28,214 bases of DNA. It comes from a virus. Taxonomy: Duplodnaviria > Caudoviricetes. Below, one piece after another: positions 18,771 to 27,221 of the stretch (positions within the stretch are counted from its first letter, which is position 1; every line of letters begins with the position of its first letter). The stretch is taken from IMG/VR virus record IMGVR_UViG_3300046028_008305, positions 1 to 28,214 of that record; one strand, written 5' to 3'. Under the pieces are notes generated by a model. It searched no databases. It was not told where the DNA came from and saw nothing but the letters and a program-made list of their open reading frames with translations. A program made the position numbers and the translations under genes.

Positions 18771-19358
18771 ATGGCTAAATTAGAATTTTGGTTTCCTACT
18801 GTAATATATCTTGAAGAAAATTTATTTTCTGAAGAAATTAATAAAAAATGGGCTGAACAAATACATAAAATTGCAGAGCGTAACCCTTCCGGTGGAGATG
18901 AGTGGGAAGGGAAAACCTATACTACGCACAACGCATATCGGTTAATTGAGGATTTAAATTTTAAATCTTTAATTGAAGCGGTTACTGAGCATGTACACAA
19001 ATATGCAAAAGAACATAACTCGATAGCAGAATACAAATGCTCCGATGCTTGGGTCAATATAGCAAAATCTGAAAATTTTCAAGAATATCACACGCACGAT
19101 GGTAGTGTGTTTAGCGCAGTATATTATGTTGCTTCTCCAGAAGGGTCTGGGAATATAGTATTTGAAGATCCTCGTATGCCAGATATGTTACCTGTAAAAA
19201 ACATTCCGGAAAGAAATTCATTAAGTTTTGTTAAAGTAGGATATAAAACTCAAGGTGGAATGCTTGTAATTTTTAGATCATATCTACGGCATTGTGTACA
19301 GACTGGGTCTAATAAAGAACCAAGAATTTCAATAGCTATGAATTTTGGATATGCATAA
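18771..19358 (+). CDS. putative 2OG-Fe(II) oxygenase, TIGR02466-like
   Basis: FPT, WVNI, HTH, SAVYY, FEDPR, GMLVIFRSYLRHCV, RISIAMN. Confidence 0.88.
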   Translation: MAKLEFWFPTVIYLEENLFSEEINKKWAEQIHKIAERNPSGGDEWEGKTYTTHNAYRLIEDLNFKSLIEAVTEHVHKYAKEHNSIAEYKCSDAWVNIAKSENFQEYHTHDGSVFSAVYYVASPEGSGNIVFEDPRMPDMLPVKNIPERNSLSFVKVGYKTQGGMLVIFRSYLRHCVQTGSNKEPRISIAMNFGYA

Positions 19359-19980
19359 TTTATTCGATACAAATCCTTTAGAAAAAAATATAAAAATTAA
19401 AACAGTAGAAGAAACAACTGTGTATATAGTTGACGACTTTTACAAATATCCAGACGAAGTTTTTCAATTCATTTTATCAAACCCTAAAAAAAGATGGAAA
19501 GATTGGGACACTCTTAGTTATAATGGAATTCATTTTTTAGATGAACGACATAATTTCTATGATGAAAGATTATTAGATGTTTGTTCTACACTAGAAAACC
19601 TGTGCGGAGAAAAAGTTGTGCAGCCGGGCAGAGTAGTAACTAATTGTATGACATTTTATAATAAAGAGTTTAATAATTATAAAGACAATTTTTGGGGTCC
19701 ACATAATGATTTAGGATATACCGCATTGATTTATCTTAATAAAGAAACTTGCGAGGGAACAAATTTTTACAAACAAGTTGCAGAGGATCCGTGGGATACT
19801 CCGGAGCATTTTGAACCTTGGCGATCAAAAGATAAGTACCAGTTGATTGATACTATAGAATCAAAATTTAATCGAATGGTATTATTTAACGGCCTAAAAC
19901 TAACTCACGGGATGAGCGTAAACTCTGAAAAATTCTTTAATAATTTAAGAATTAATCAAGTAGTTTTTTTAAAGCCGTAG
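19351..19980 (+). CDS. putative 2OG-Fe(II) oxygenase (DUF6445-like)
   Basis: VDDFYKYPD, PHND, ALIYLN, GTNFY, FNRMVLF...HG, RINQVVF; first ATG at 19351. Confidence 0.78.
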   Translation: MHNLFDTNPLEKNIKIKTVEETTVYIVDDFYKYPDEVFQFILSNPKKRWKDWDTLSYNGIHFLDERHNFYDERLLDVCSTLENLCGEKVVQPGRVVTNCMTFYNKEFNNYKDNFWGPHNDLGYTALIYLNKETCEGTNFYKQVAEDPWDTPEHFEPWRSKDKYQLIDTIESKFNRMVLFNGLKLTHGMSVNSEKFFNNLRINQVVFLKP

Positions 19981-21443
19981 GAACTTCTTATATAATCTAT
20001 AAATTGTTTATGGGTTATTTTCGGAGATTGAGAATCGTACAATTTAAGTTCGTCTATAACATTGACGGCATTTTGTTTAATCCAAGAGTGCATCATATTA
20101 AATTCATTTTTAATAGCAGCCCGATCAAATAATTTTAAACCATTTAACACATGTATGTGATGTGTTTGATTAAACAATGCATACTTAGATACACCTCTGA
20201 AATCGTCTTCGATTGGAAGATTAGTTTTCCAGCGTTCTAATTTTTCACTTAAAGAATCCGGGATTGGTAATTGCTGTATATCTTTCCAAAATTTAGTATT
20301 GGTTTTTTTAGTTAGATAATGCATTATAATAAAATCACGAATATTATCCATAATACCGTTAACATCTTTATTATATCTATCAATTGTTTTTTGATTGTAG
20401 TTAGGCAATCTATGCATTAGTAAAAACATTTGTTGTATAGATGTTCCAATAGATGTTGCTTCTAACGGTTCTACAAAGTTTGCGCCCAAGCCTACAGCAC
20501 AGCAATTATTAATCCATACACGATCCAATGCACCCGGATCAAAATCTATTTTTCTAACAATATCAACATCTTTATTAAAAAATTTGTCAACTTCATCTTT
20601 TGCAGCATTGACAGTTATATAATCGCTATCAAAAATATAACCATTACCGGTTCTATCATAGACAGGAATACTAAACATCCATCCATAGTCCATAGCCTGT
20701 GCTACAGTCCATAACGGTAAATTTTTATCTGCGTCTGTGGGAAACATTATAGCTGATTTCATTTTTAAATAGTTGCTATAAGATTGCCACTTTCCTCCTA
20801 GTTTAGAAATCAATACTCTTCTAAAACCAGTAGAGTCAATAAAAAAATCTGCGTTATAGTTTGATTTTTCACCTTGCAAAGATGAAATATTACCACTATC
20901 ATCGACAGTGATATCTAAGATTTCATCGTCTACAATTTTAATTCCTTTTTTAATTGCCGTTCGTGTTAAGAAATCATTTAATTTAAATGTATTAAAGTGG
21001 AATTGATTAAAAGGTGAGTCGGCATTAGCGTCAGTTGCATATTTTGATGAAATCTTAGATTGCCAAACTGGTGTTGGATTCATTTCACAGCATGGCATAT
21101 TACTTGCCATGACAAATCCGTAGATGTACTGATACTGACCATTAGTTTTATCGTAATCCAGGCTGGTACTATGCAAGTAGTCTTCCTCAGCCCACCCCTT
21201 AAACATTATTCCAGACTTAAATGTAGCGTCACATTCTATAATAATTTCTTGCCATTTGACTCCGATATATTTCATAAATTCGGACCAATGTTCTGTTGAG
21301 CCTTCGCCTACTCCAACGATGCCTATTTTTTCAGATTTTATTATTTCAATTTCAATTTCTGGGAATCGGGTATTTAAAATTAGTGCTGCAACATAACCAG
21401 CTGTGCCGCCGCCTACCACGCAAACTTTTTTTAAATTGTTCAT
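19956..21443 (-). CDS. tryptophan-halogenase-family flavoprotein
   Basis: VVGGGTAG, GVGEGST, ATFKSGI, FIDSTGF, GWMFSIP, FVEPLEATS; start set at ATG 21443 (MNNLKKV). Confidence 0.92.
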   Translation of the reverse strand: MNNLKKVCVVGGGTAGYVAALILNTRFPEIEIEIIKSEKIGIVGVGEGSTEHWSEFMKYIGVKWQEIIIECDATFKSGIMFKGWAEEDYLHSTSLDYDKTNGQYQYIYGFVMASNMPCCEMNPTPVWQSKISSKYATDANADSPFNQFHFNTFKLNDFLTRTAIKKGIKIVDDEILDITVDDSGNISSLQGEKSNYNADFFIDSTGFRRVLISKLGGKWQSYSNYLKMKSAIMFPTDADKNLPLWTVAQAMDYGWMFSIPVYDRTGNGYIFDSDYITVNAAKDEVDKFFNKDVDIVRKIDFDPGALDRVWINNCCAVGLGANFVEPLEATSIGTSIQQMFLLMHRLPNYNQKTIDRYNKDVNGIMDNIRDFIIMHYLTKKTNTKFWKDIQQLPIPDSLSEKLERWKTNLPIEDDFRGVSKYALFNQTHHIHVLNGLKLFDRAAIKNEFNMMHSWIKQNAVNVIDELKLYDSQSPKITHKQFIDYIRSSYGFKKTT

Positions 21444-21469
21444 AATATACGATAGCTTAATAATTGTTT

Positions 21470-21477
21470 TATAAATA
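21470..21477 (+). promoter_or_regulatory. T4-type late promoter
   Basis: Perfect TATAAATA 5 nt upstream of ATG 21483. Confidence 0.8.
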
Positions 21478-21482
21478 CTTCC

Positions 21483-22100
21483 ATGAATAACATTGTAGAA
21501 CACCCTATATTCATTTCTTCTTGTTACAATACTTATCTAAAGCATATTGACAATAAGTCGTTAACTGACTTTATTACAAAATTAGAAAAGACTGATCCAA
21601 GCAACGCTCGAAGCAATAAAGGCGGATGGCAGTCAATACCTGTAGATGAAACACGAATTGACAATGCAATAACATTAGAATTGTTCAACACTGCGATAAT
21701 CCCTATGGCCCAAAAAATTATTAATTCTTGGGCTATGCCAAAAGAACTGAGTAATTATAGTTATTGGTATAATGTGAATCGGCGATACAATTACAACTCT
21801 GCACATATGCACCCTGATTCATATTTGAGCGGAGTTTACTATGTAAAAGTTCCTGCAGACAGCGGAAGGATTGTATTCGATAGACCTCAAACTGAAGCAG
21901 ATCGTATGACTTTTCAAACTCAATGGTTTTTACATAATTCTATAACTGTTAACAATCCCAGAATTAATACCGAACACTGGTTTGTACCAGAAGAAGGAAT
22001 GTTACTGATGTTTCCAGGGCATCTTACCCATGGTGTTGAGCAAAATCTCAGTACCGATGAAGATGATAGAAGAATATCTTTAAGTTTTAACTTATATTAA
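21483..22100 (+). CDS. putative 2OG-Fe(II) oxygenase, TIGR02466-like
   Basis: SNKGGWQS, WYNVN, HMHP, LSGVYY, PEEGMLLMFPGHLTHGV, RISLSFN. Confidence 0.9.
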   Translation: MNNIVEHPIFISSCYNTYLKHIDNKSLTDFITKLEKTDPSNARSNKGGWQSIPVDETRIDNAITLELFNTAIIPMAQKIINSWAMPKELSNYSYWYNVNRRYNYNSAHMHPDSYLSGVYYVKVPADSGRIVFDRPQTEADRMTFQTQWFLHNSITVNNPRINTEHWFVPEEGMLLMFPGHLTHGVEQNLSTDEDDRRISLSFNLY

Positions 22101-23631
22101 TTTTTCTATCTTCTCTAAACTTTGCAATCATCTCTGCCCACGAGTACTGATCTGTTAATTCTTCATGCCATTGTTCATGATGTCCAACATAATCATTTTT
22201 TACCGCATCTTCTAAATTGTCTATTCCGGGAATAGGCATTTGAAGTTCTTTTGTAGCCACATCTTTATTGATAAGATGTAGTCCTTCCATTACATAACTA
22301 TAAAGTGGCCAGCCTGCACTGCCATAGTAACTTGGAAAATCGTGATGTGTTGGCATTCGATATTTTGCCATTTCGATTAAATTAGTTACAAATTCTGTTT
22401 TAGTTACACCGGTGTTTATATAACGCCAAAATTCAGTGTCAGTTCTCCCCCCGCAATAATGCATCGCAATAAAATCTTTTAAATCATCAAACATTTTTCT
22501 AGTTCTTTGATTATAGATGTTGATCGACCCTTGATTTATTGTTTCTTCGGTTGTGTCTCTAAGATAATCAAAAACAAAGTTTTTAATTTGAACCACTGTA
22601 GAATGTATACTGGTTGCTTCTAATGGTTCTAAGAACGCTGAGGCTAATCCAATGGTTACACAATTGTTAATCCATGCCAATTCTTGTCTGCCTGTTGAAA
22701 ACTTAATAACCTTTGCAGGATTAATTTTTCTGCCTAATCGTGCTTCTATTTCTGCCTGTGCTTCGTCGGGTGTAATAAAGTTATCGTCAAATACATAACC
22801 GCATCCCTTTCGATCTAATAAAGGTATTTGCCACATCCATCCAGAATTTTGAGCCCAGGCAGTTGTATAAGGTTCTGGTATTTCGCCTTCTTGATAATCT
22901 AATAAGAATGGTATTGCACTGTTAACTGGCAAATTATCATGATAACTTACCCAACCATTAGTAGGCATTTTTTTCATTAATAGTCGAGACATACCTGAAC
23001 AGTCAATAAAAAAATCACCTTGAACTTTTGTATTATCTTCGAGGACAATATTTTTTATAAATCCCCTATCATCTAATTCTGCATCAATAACTTTTGCATC
23101 AATATGAGTGGTATTTGAATTACGCATTGTTATTTTTTGAAAATATTTTCCAACTAGGTGTGCATCAACATGCATTGCGTGTGTCATATTAGAAAAGTCG
23201 TTGGTTGTTTTATTGAAATTGCTTTTACCCTTTGCAATCCAGTTTCCAATTCTTGAAACTTTAATAATATCTTTACGAGAAAGATTTTTAATACCGTGTG
23301 CAAATTGTATATCCGGAGTATGTTGTTTGGTTATACTTCCGTCAATTGGTCCAATATAATAATCATCTATATCCGGAGTCCACCCTTTGAACTTGATTCC
23401 GTATTTTAATGATGCTCCGGTTTCTCTTATAAATTCATTATGATCACAGCCAAAATCCCACAAGTGGTTACCTAACAAGTCTGTTAGCAATCCGGTGGTG
23501 CTTTCACCGACACCGATGATACCTATGTTTGATGATTCTACTAGGGTAATTTTATGGTTAGGATGTCTATTAGATGCCAGGAGTGCTGTCATCCATCCTG
23601 CTGTACCACCACCGACTATAACTATATGCAT
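22087..23631 (-). CDS. tryptophan-halogenase-family flavoprotein
   Basis: IVGGGTAGW, GVGESTT, ASLKYGI, FIDCSG, GWMWQIP, FLEPLEATS. Confidence 0.93.
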   Translation of the reverse strand: MHIVIVGGGTAGWMTALLASNRHPNHKITLVESSNIGIIGVGESTTGLLTDLLGNHLWDFGCDHNEFIRETGASLKYGIKFKGWTPDIDDYYIGPIDGSITKQHTPDIQFAHGIKNLSRKDIIKVSRIGNWIAKGKSNFNKTTNDFSNMTHAMHVDAHLVGKYFQKITMRNSNTTHIDAKVIDAELDDRGFIKNIVLEDNTKVQGDFFIDCSGMSRLLMKKMPTNGWVSYHDNLPVNSAIPFLLDYQEGEIPEPYTTAWAQNSGWMWQIPLLDRKGCGYVFDDNFITPDEAQAEIEARLGRKINPAKVIKFSTGRQELAWINNCVTIGLASAFLEPLEATSIHSTVVQIKNFVFDYLRDTTEETINQGSINIYNQRTRKMFDDLKDFIAMHYCGGRTDTEFWRYINTGVTKTEFVTNLIEMAKYRMPTHHDFPSYYGSAGWPLYSYVMEGLHLINKDVATKELQMPIPGIDNLEDAVKNDYVGHHEQWHEELTDQYSWAEMIAKFREDRKINIS

Positions 23632-23657
23632 TTTATTTTACCCTTATTAAGTGCGTA

Positions 23658-23671
23658 GATAAATATTTATA
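23658..23671. promoter_or_regulatory. overlapping divergent late promoters in a palindrome
   Basis: ATAAATATTTAT (23659-23670) is a perfect palindrome, giving GATAAATA on plus and TATAAATA on minus between divergent genes. Confidence 0.75.
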
Positions 23672-23695
23672 ACAACGATTGAGATCATTAAAAAA

Positions 23696-24277
23696 ATGTC
23701 TTTTATAGAAACTGAATTTTTGAAAGACAAAAAAATATGCGATAAACTAATTGCATATTTTATTCAGTGCGATAAAAAACATGCTGCTATGCATATAGTC
23801 AACGGAGAGACTGTGTTAGCGGATCCCAAAATCAAGACTTCTACAGATATAACCATATCACGAGATACTGTTTTAGAATGTCCTGCATTATCTGATTACC
23901 TTGATGAACTTGATATTATAGTTTCGGAATATGTTAAAAAGTGGCCTAGTTGTGATTGGTATTCTCCTTGGTCAATTAATACTCCTTTTACTATACAGTA
24001 TTATAAACCCGGAGAAGGATATCATTCGTGGCATACTGAACGATGCGGTGCAAGTAAAAGATCAGTGTCTAGGCATTTGGTGTTTATGACCTATCTTAAT
24101 ACAGTAACTGACAACGGAGGAACAGAATTCCTCAACCAACAATTAATAATAAATGCCGAAAAGGGTAAAACAGTTATATGGCCTGCAGATTGGACGCATA
24201 CTCATAGAGGTGTAGTTTCAGCAACACAGGACAAGTACATAATTACCGGTTGGTTTAATTACGATAGAGAATCATAA
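23696..24277 (+). CDS. 2OG-Fe(II) oxygenase (cyanophage prolyl-hydroxylase-like)
   Basis: IQYYKPGEGYHSWHTE, FMTYLN, GGTEF, IWPADWTHTHRG, KYIITGW. Confidence 0.92.
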   Translation: MSFIETEFLKDKKICDKLIAYFIQCDKKHAAMHIVNGETVLADPKIKTSTDITISRDTVLECPALSDYLDELDIIVSEYVKKWPSCDWYSPWSINTPFTIQYYKPGEGYHSWHTERCGASKRSVSRHLVFMTYLNTVTDNGGTEFLNQQLIINAEKGKTVIWPADWTHTHRGVVSATQDKYIITGWFNYDRES

Positions 24278-24278
24278 T

Positions 24279-25001
24279 ATGAAAATAGTCAAACATTCAT
24301 TCCATACTGGACACCAATTTGGCGTGAATCATGCCGAACACATTAAACATTTTTTACCTAAAGATTACACGCCGTTATCCGCGCTGTCTAAAGATATTGT
24401 TTCGATTAGAAAAGGAACAATATTTACAAAGTGCCCTGCTGTCACTGACTTTTTTAAAAATACCTGGATCTTTAGAAGTCCTATTGATTTAAATATTGAT
24501 ATTGAAGTCAACGACGATTACAGCAAGGTATATTGTGATAATGTAGATCAAGAATTTTTTAATTTAATGATTGATATTAGATTTTTGAATGACAGCGAAA
24601 AAGGTATTAGCCCATATCCGTTGATAGGGATAGATTTTTTAAATACATTCACATGTGACGAGAGCTTGACTATACAGGCACTACCGGCATTTTTACATTA
24701 CAGCAATTTTACTAGTAAAGCAACTATAATTCCCGGAGAATATGATATTAGTAAATGGGTAAGGCCAGTTGAAATAGTATTCGAAACTAAGAACAAACAT
24801 GAACGGATAGAAATTAAAAAAGGCGATGCACTATGCTACTATAAATTTCTAACTCCAGATATTGTTAAGTTGGCTCAGGACGAAACTCCGTGGGAAGAAA
24901 TAATAGCTTGCAACAATATTCGCAAAAATGATCTATTTCGCCCTTTGAAGGAAAGATATGAGGGTTTTAAAAAGTGGCGTGAAGATAATCAAAAAGATTA
25001 G
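24279..25001 (+). CDS. hypothetical protein related to the 17352-18107 product
   Basis: KCPAVTDFFKNTWIFRSPID, IPGEYDI, IKKGDALCY; starts 1 nt after the upstream stop. Confidence 0.7.
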   Translation: MKIVKHSFHTGHQFGVNHAEHIKHFLPKDYTPLSALSKDIVSIRKGTIFTKCPAVTDFFKNTWIFRSPIDLNIDIEVNDDYSKVYCDNVDQEFFNLMIDIRFLNDSEKGISPYPLIGIDFLNTFTCDESLTIQALPAFLHYSNFTSKATIIPGEYDISKWVRPVEIVFETKNKHERIEIKKGDALCYYKFLTPDIVKLAQDETPWEEIIACNNIRKNDLFRPLKERYEGFKKWREDNQKD

Positions 25002-26101
25002 TATCTAACTATCACTACTCCGCTTCCGCCAGCATTTCCAAATTGAGCCCCACCTGCTCCGCCACCTGTATTGGCACCACCTGCTCCACCGTCTGCTCGG
25101 TTAAAATACGCAGCACCGGGCTGTCCATCATTTAAACTCTGTCCACCGCCACGACCAAATGTAGCATCGCCGGGACGATAGGGGCCGCCATGATAAACAG
25201 CGCCACCACCACCACCACCAAGTCCACCTTGTCCACCAATTTGCCCATCACCAAGATGACAGCCACCGCCACCGCCTCCACTAAAATACAGCGTTGGTCC
25301 TAGTATGTCGGTCGCTGCTCCAGATCCGCCTGCTTGACTATCTCTAGCGCCTTTGTAGTCATCGCAACTGTCTACTCCTCGCCCGCCGGCTCCACCACCA
25401 CCACCACTACCGTGACCATTTGAGCCGCTAGTATTAAATCGTAATCCCGAGCCACCCGGAAATCCCTGTCCTGTGGTACCGTCGCCTTCTCTCATACGAG
25501 TTCTATTGCCGGGGGTGTCAGTGCTTCCACCACCGCCACCACTGCCTCCGTCACCGGCTGGTATGGTATTCCAGCCTCCAGAATGACCACCGCCACTTGC
25601 AGTGGTTGCTCCAAATACTGAGTTTCCACCAATAGAACCAGACATTGAACCGCCAGGAGTAGATCCTCTAACGCCACCGCCGCCTACAGTTACAGTTATA
25701 CCAGTACCTGAGGTTACAGGATATGCCCTAGTATAGATCATTCCACCACCACCACCACCACCTGCCCAGTCATAGCCACTTCCACCGCCACCGCCTATTA
25801 TCAATACCTGTACAGTGCCGGTAAATGTTGGTGTAAATGTATGACTACCTACAGTGGTGAATAGATGTGTTATACCGCCATTGCCATATGCAATGGTTTG
25901 TCCGCCTGTGCCTACAGATGACTTACTAAAGCCAGTTACTGGTCGCCAAGTTGTGCCGTCGTAGTATTCTAATGAATTAGCAGATGCAGCACTATATCGC
26001 ATCATTCCAGCAACAGGTGTTCCTGGTCGCTGGGCCACAGTTCCTGAAGGTAATGTTACAAACCCAGTGTCGCTAATCGTTGTTGCTTGTAAAGTTGCCA
26101 T
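24998..26101 (-). CDS. glycine-rich domain virion/fibre-like protein, paralog 1
   Basis: LPSGTVAQRP...GMMRY...LEYYDGTTW fibre-type N-terminus, poly-Gly runs, GSGVVIVRY end. Confidence 0.8.
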   Translation of the reverse strand: MATLQATTISDTGFVTLPSGTVAQRPGTPVAGMMRYSAASANSLEYYDGTTWRPVTGFSKSSVGTGGQTIAYGNGGITHLFTTVGSHTFTPTFTGTVQVLIIGGGGGSGYDWAGGGGGGGMIYTRAYPVTSGTGITVTVGGGGVRGSTPGGSMSGSIGGNSVFGATTASGGGHSGGWNTIPAGDGGSGGGGGSTDTPGNRTRMREGDGTTGQGFPGGSGLRFNTSGSNGHGSGGGGGAGGRGVDSCDDYKGARDSQAGGSGAATDILGPTLYFSGGGGGGCHLGDGQIGGQGGLGGGGGGAVYHGGPYRPGDATFGRGGGQSLNDGQPGAAYFNRADGGAGGANTGGGAGGAQFGNAGGSGVVIVRY

Positions 26102-26110
26102 TTTATTTCC

Positions 26111-27220
26111 TTAGTATCTTACTATCACTATGCCCGATCCAGCGTTTTGATGTGCAGATCCGTCATTTCCGTTATTTCCACCACCGCCTCCACCACCGGT
26201 ATTTGCGCCAGCGTTGCCACCAGTAGTTTGACTAACACCAGGTTGACCTGTATTTTTAGCCTGGCCGCCACCTCTGCCTAGAAGTCTAGGAAAGTTACTG
26301 GGCATTTGAGGATTTCCATGATGGGCACCGCCTCCGCCTCCGCCACCAATACCGCCGTTGCCTCCTCCGCCCGGTGAAAGGTGTGGGCCAGCGCCACCAC
26401 CTCCACCCCAATATAACACTTCGCCTACGATGTTACTGGCAGCACCTGGTCCACCGTTTGCACAAATTCCATCATTATTACTATCCATACTGTGATGACC
26501 AGGGCCACCTGCACCGCCGCCTCCGCCACTTGCGTGAGCATTGTCGCCTTCTCGATTAAATCTCAAGCCCGAACCGCCTGGGAATCCCTGTCCATTAATT
26601 CCTTCGCCGCCCCATACTCTAAATCTATTGCCGTCTTGATCTGAGCTGCCGCCGCCGCCACCACTGCCGCCAGGCTTTGAATCAGTGCTACCTTGATTCC
26701 AAATGCCACCACCACCACCACCGTTGGCAGTTATGCCACCAAACACTGAGTTTCCTCCATCGTTGGCAAAAGTACTGTATGGACGAGTGACTCCTCCAGC
26801 ACCTACTGTTACAGCAATTCCGGTTCCGGATGTAACTGGTACTGCGCCGCTGTAGATAACGCCACCACCACCACCACCACCGCCATGACTTCCTGCGCCA
26901 CCACCACCACCTGCTACAACCAATACCTGTACGGTGCCAGTAAATGCTGGTGTGAATGTATGGGCGCCTACTGTGGTAAATTCATGTACAATTCCCGTTG
27001 CGGTGTAATAGATACTTTGTCCACCAGTTCCAACTGTGCCGGAGCTATATCCAGTTACAGGTCTCCATGTTGATCCATCGTAAAATTCTAAAACGCCAGG
27101 ACTGTAACTGTTGTTGTTTCTTAAAGTTCCTGTCGTTGCAGTTGGTCTACCAGCGGTTGATCCAGAACCTATTGAAATAGATGAAGTAGCCGATACAGTT
27201 GTGTTCTTTAACGTTGCCAT
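26111..27220 (-). CDS. glycine-rich domain virion/fibre-like protein, paralog 2
   Basis: Colinear with paralog 1: GSTAGRP, LEFYDGSTWRPVTG, HTFTP, GSGIVIVRY. Confidence 0.8.
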   Translation of the reverse strand: MATLKNTTVSATSSISIGSGSTAGRPTATTGTLRNNNSYSPGVLEFYDGSTWRPVTGYSSGTVGTGGQSIYYTATGIVHEFTTVGAHTFTPAFTGTVQVLVVAGGGGGAGSHGGGGGGGGVIYSGAVPVTSGTGIAVTVGAGGVTRPYSTFANDGGNSVFGGITANGGGGGGIWNQGSTDSKPGGSGGGGGSSDQDGNRFRVWGGEGINGQGFPGGSGLRFNREGDNAHASGGGGGAGGPGHHSMDSNNDGICANGGPGAASNIVGEVLYWGGGGGAGPHLSPGGGGNGGIGGGGGGGAHHGNPQMPSNFPRLLGRGGGQAKNTGQPGVSQTTGGNAGANTGGGGGGGNNGNDGSAHQNAGSGIVIVRY

Positions 27221-27221
27221 T

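Noticed and set aside
12656-21503. Longer N-termini in the ORF track (starts 13414, 18188, 18117, 19345, 21503; also 4409 and 6216)
   Set aside because: They overlap neighbouring genes or promoters. Downstream ATGs fit better through SD, ATGA coupling, TAAATA spacing or position just before the first conserved motif.
10149-24277. Interpretation as a bacterial chromosome segment or secondary-metabolite cluster (e.g. pyrrolnitrin)
   Set aside because: Phage late promoter motifs throughout, a fibre chaperone inside the region, phage structural genes on both sides, and no prnBCD, NRPS/PKS or transporter genes
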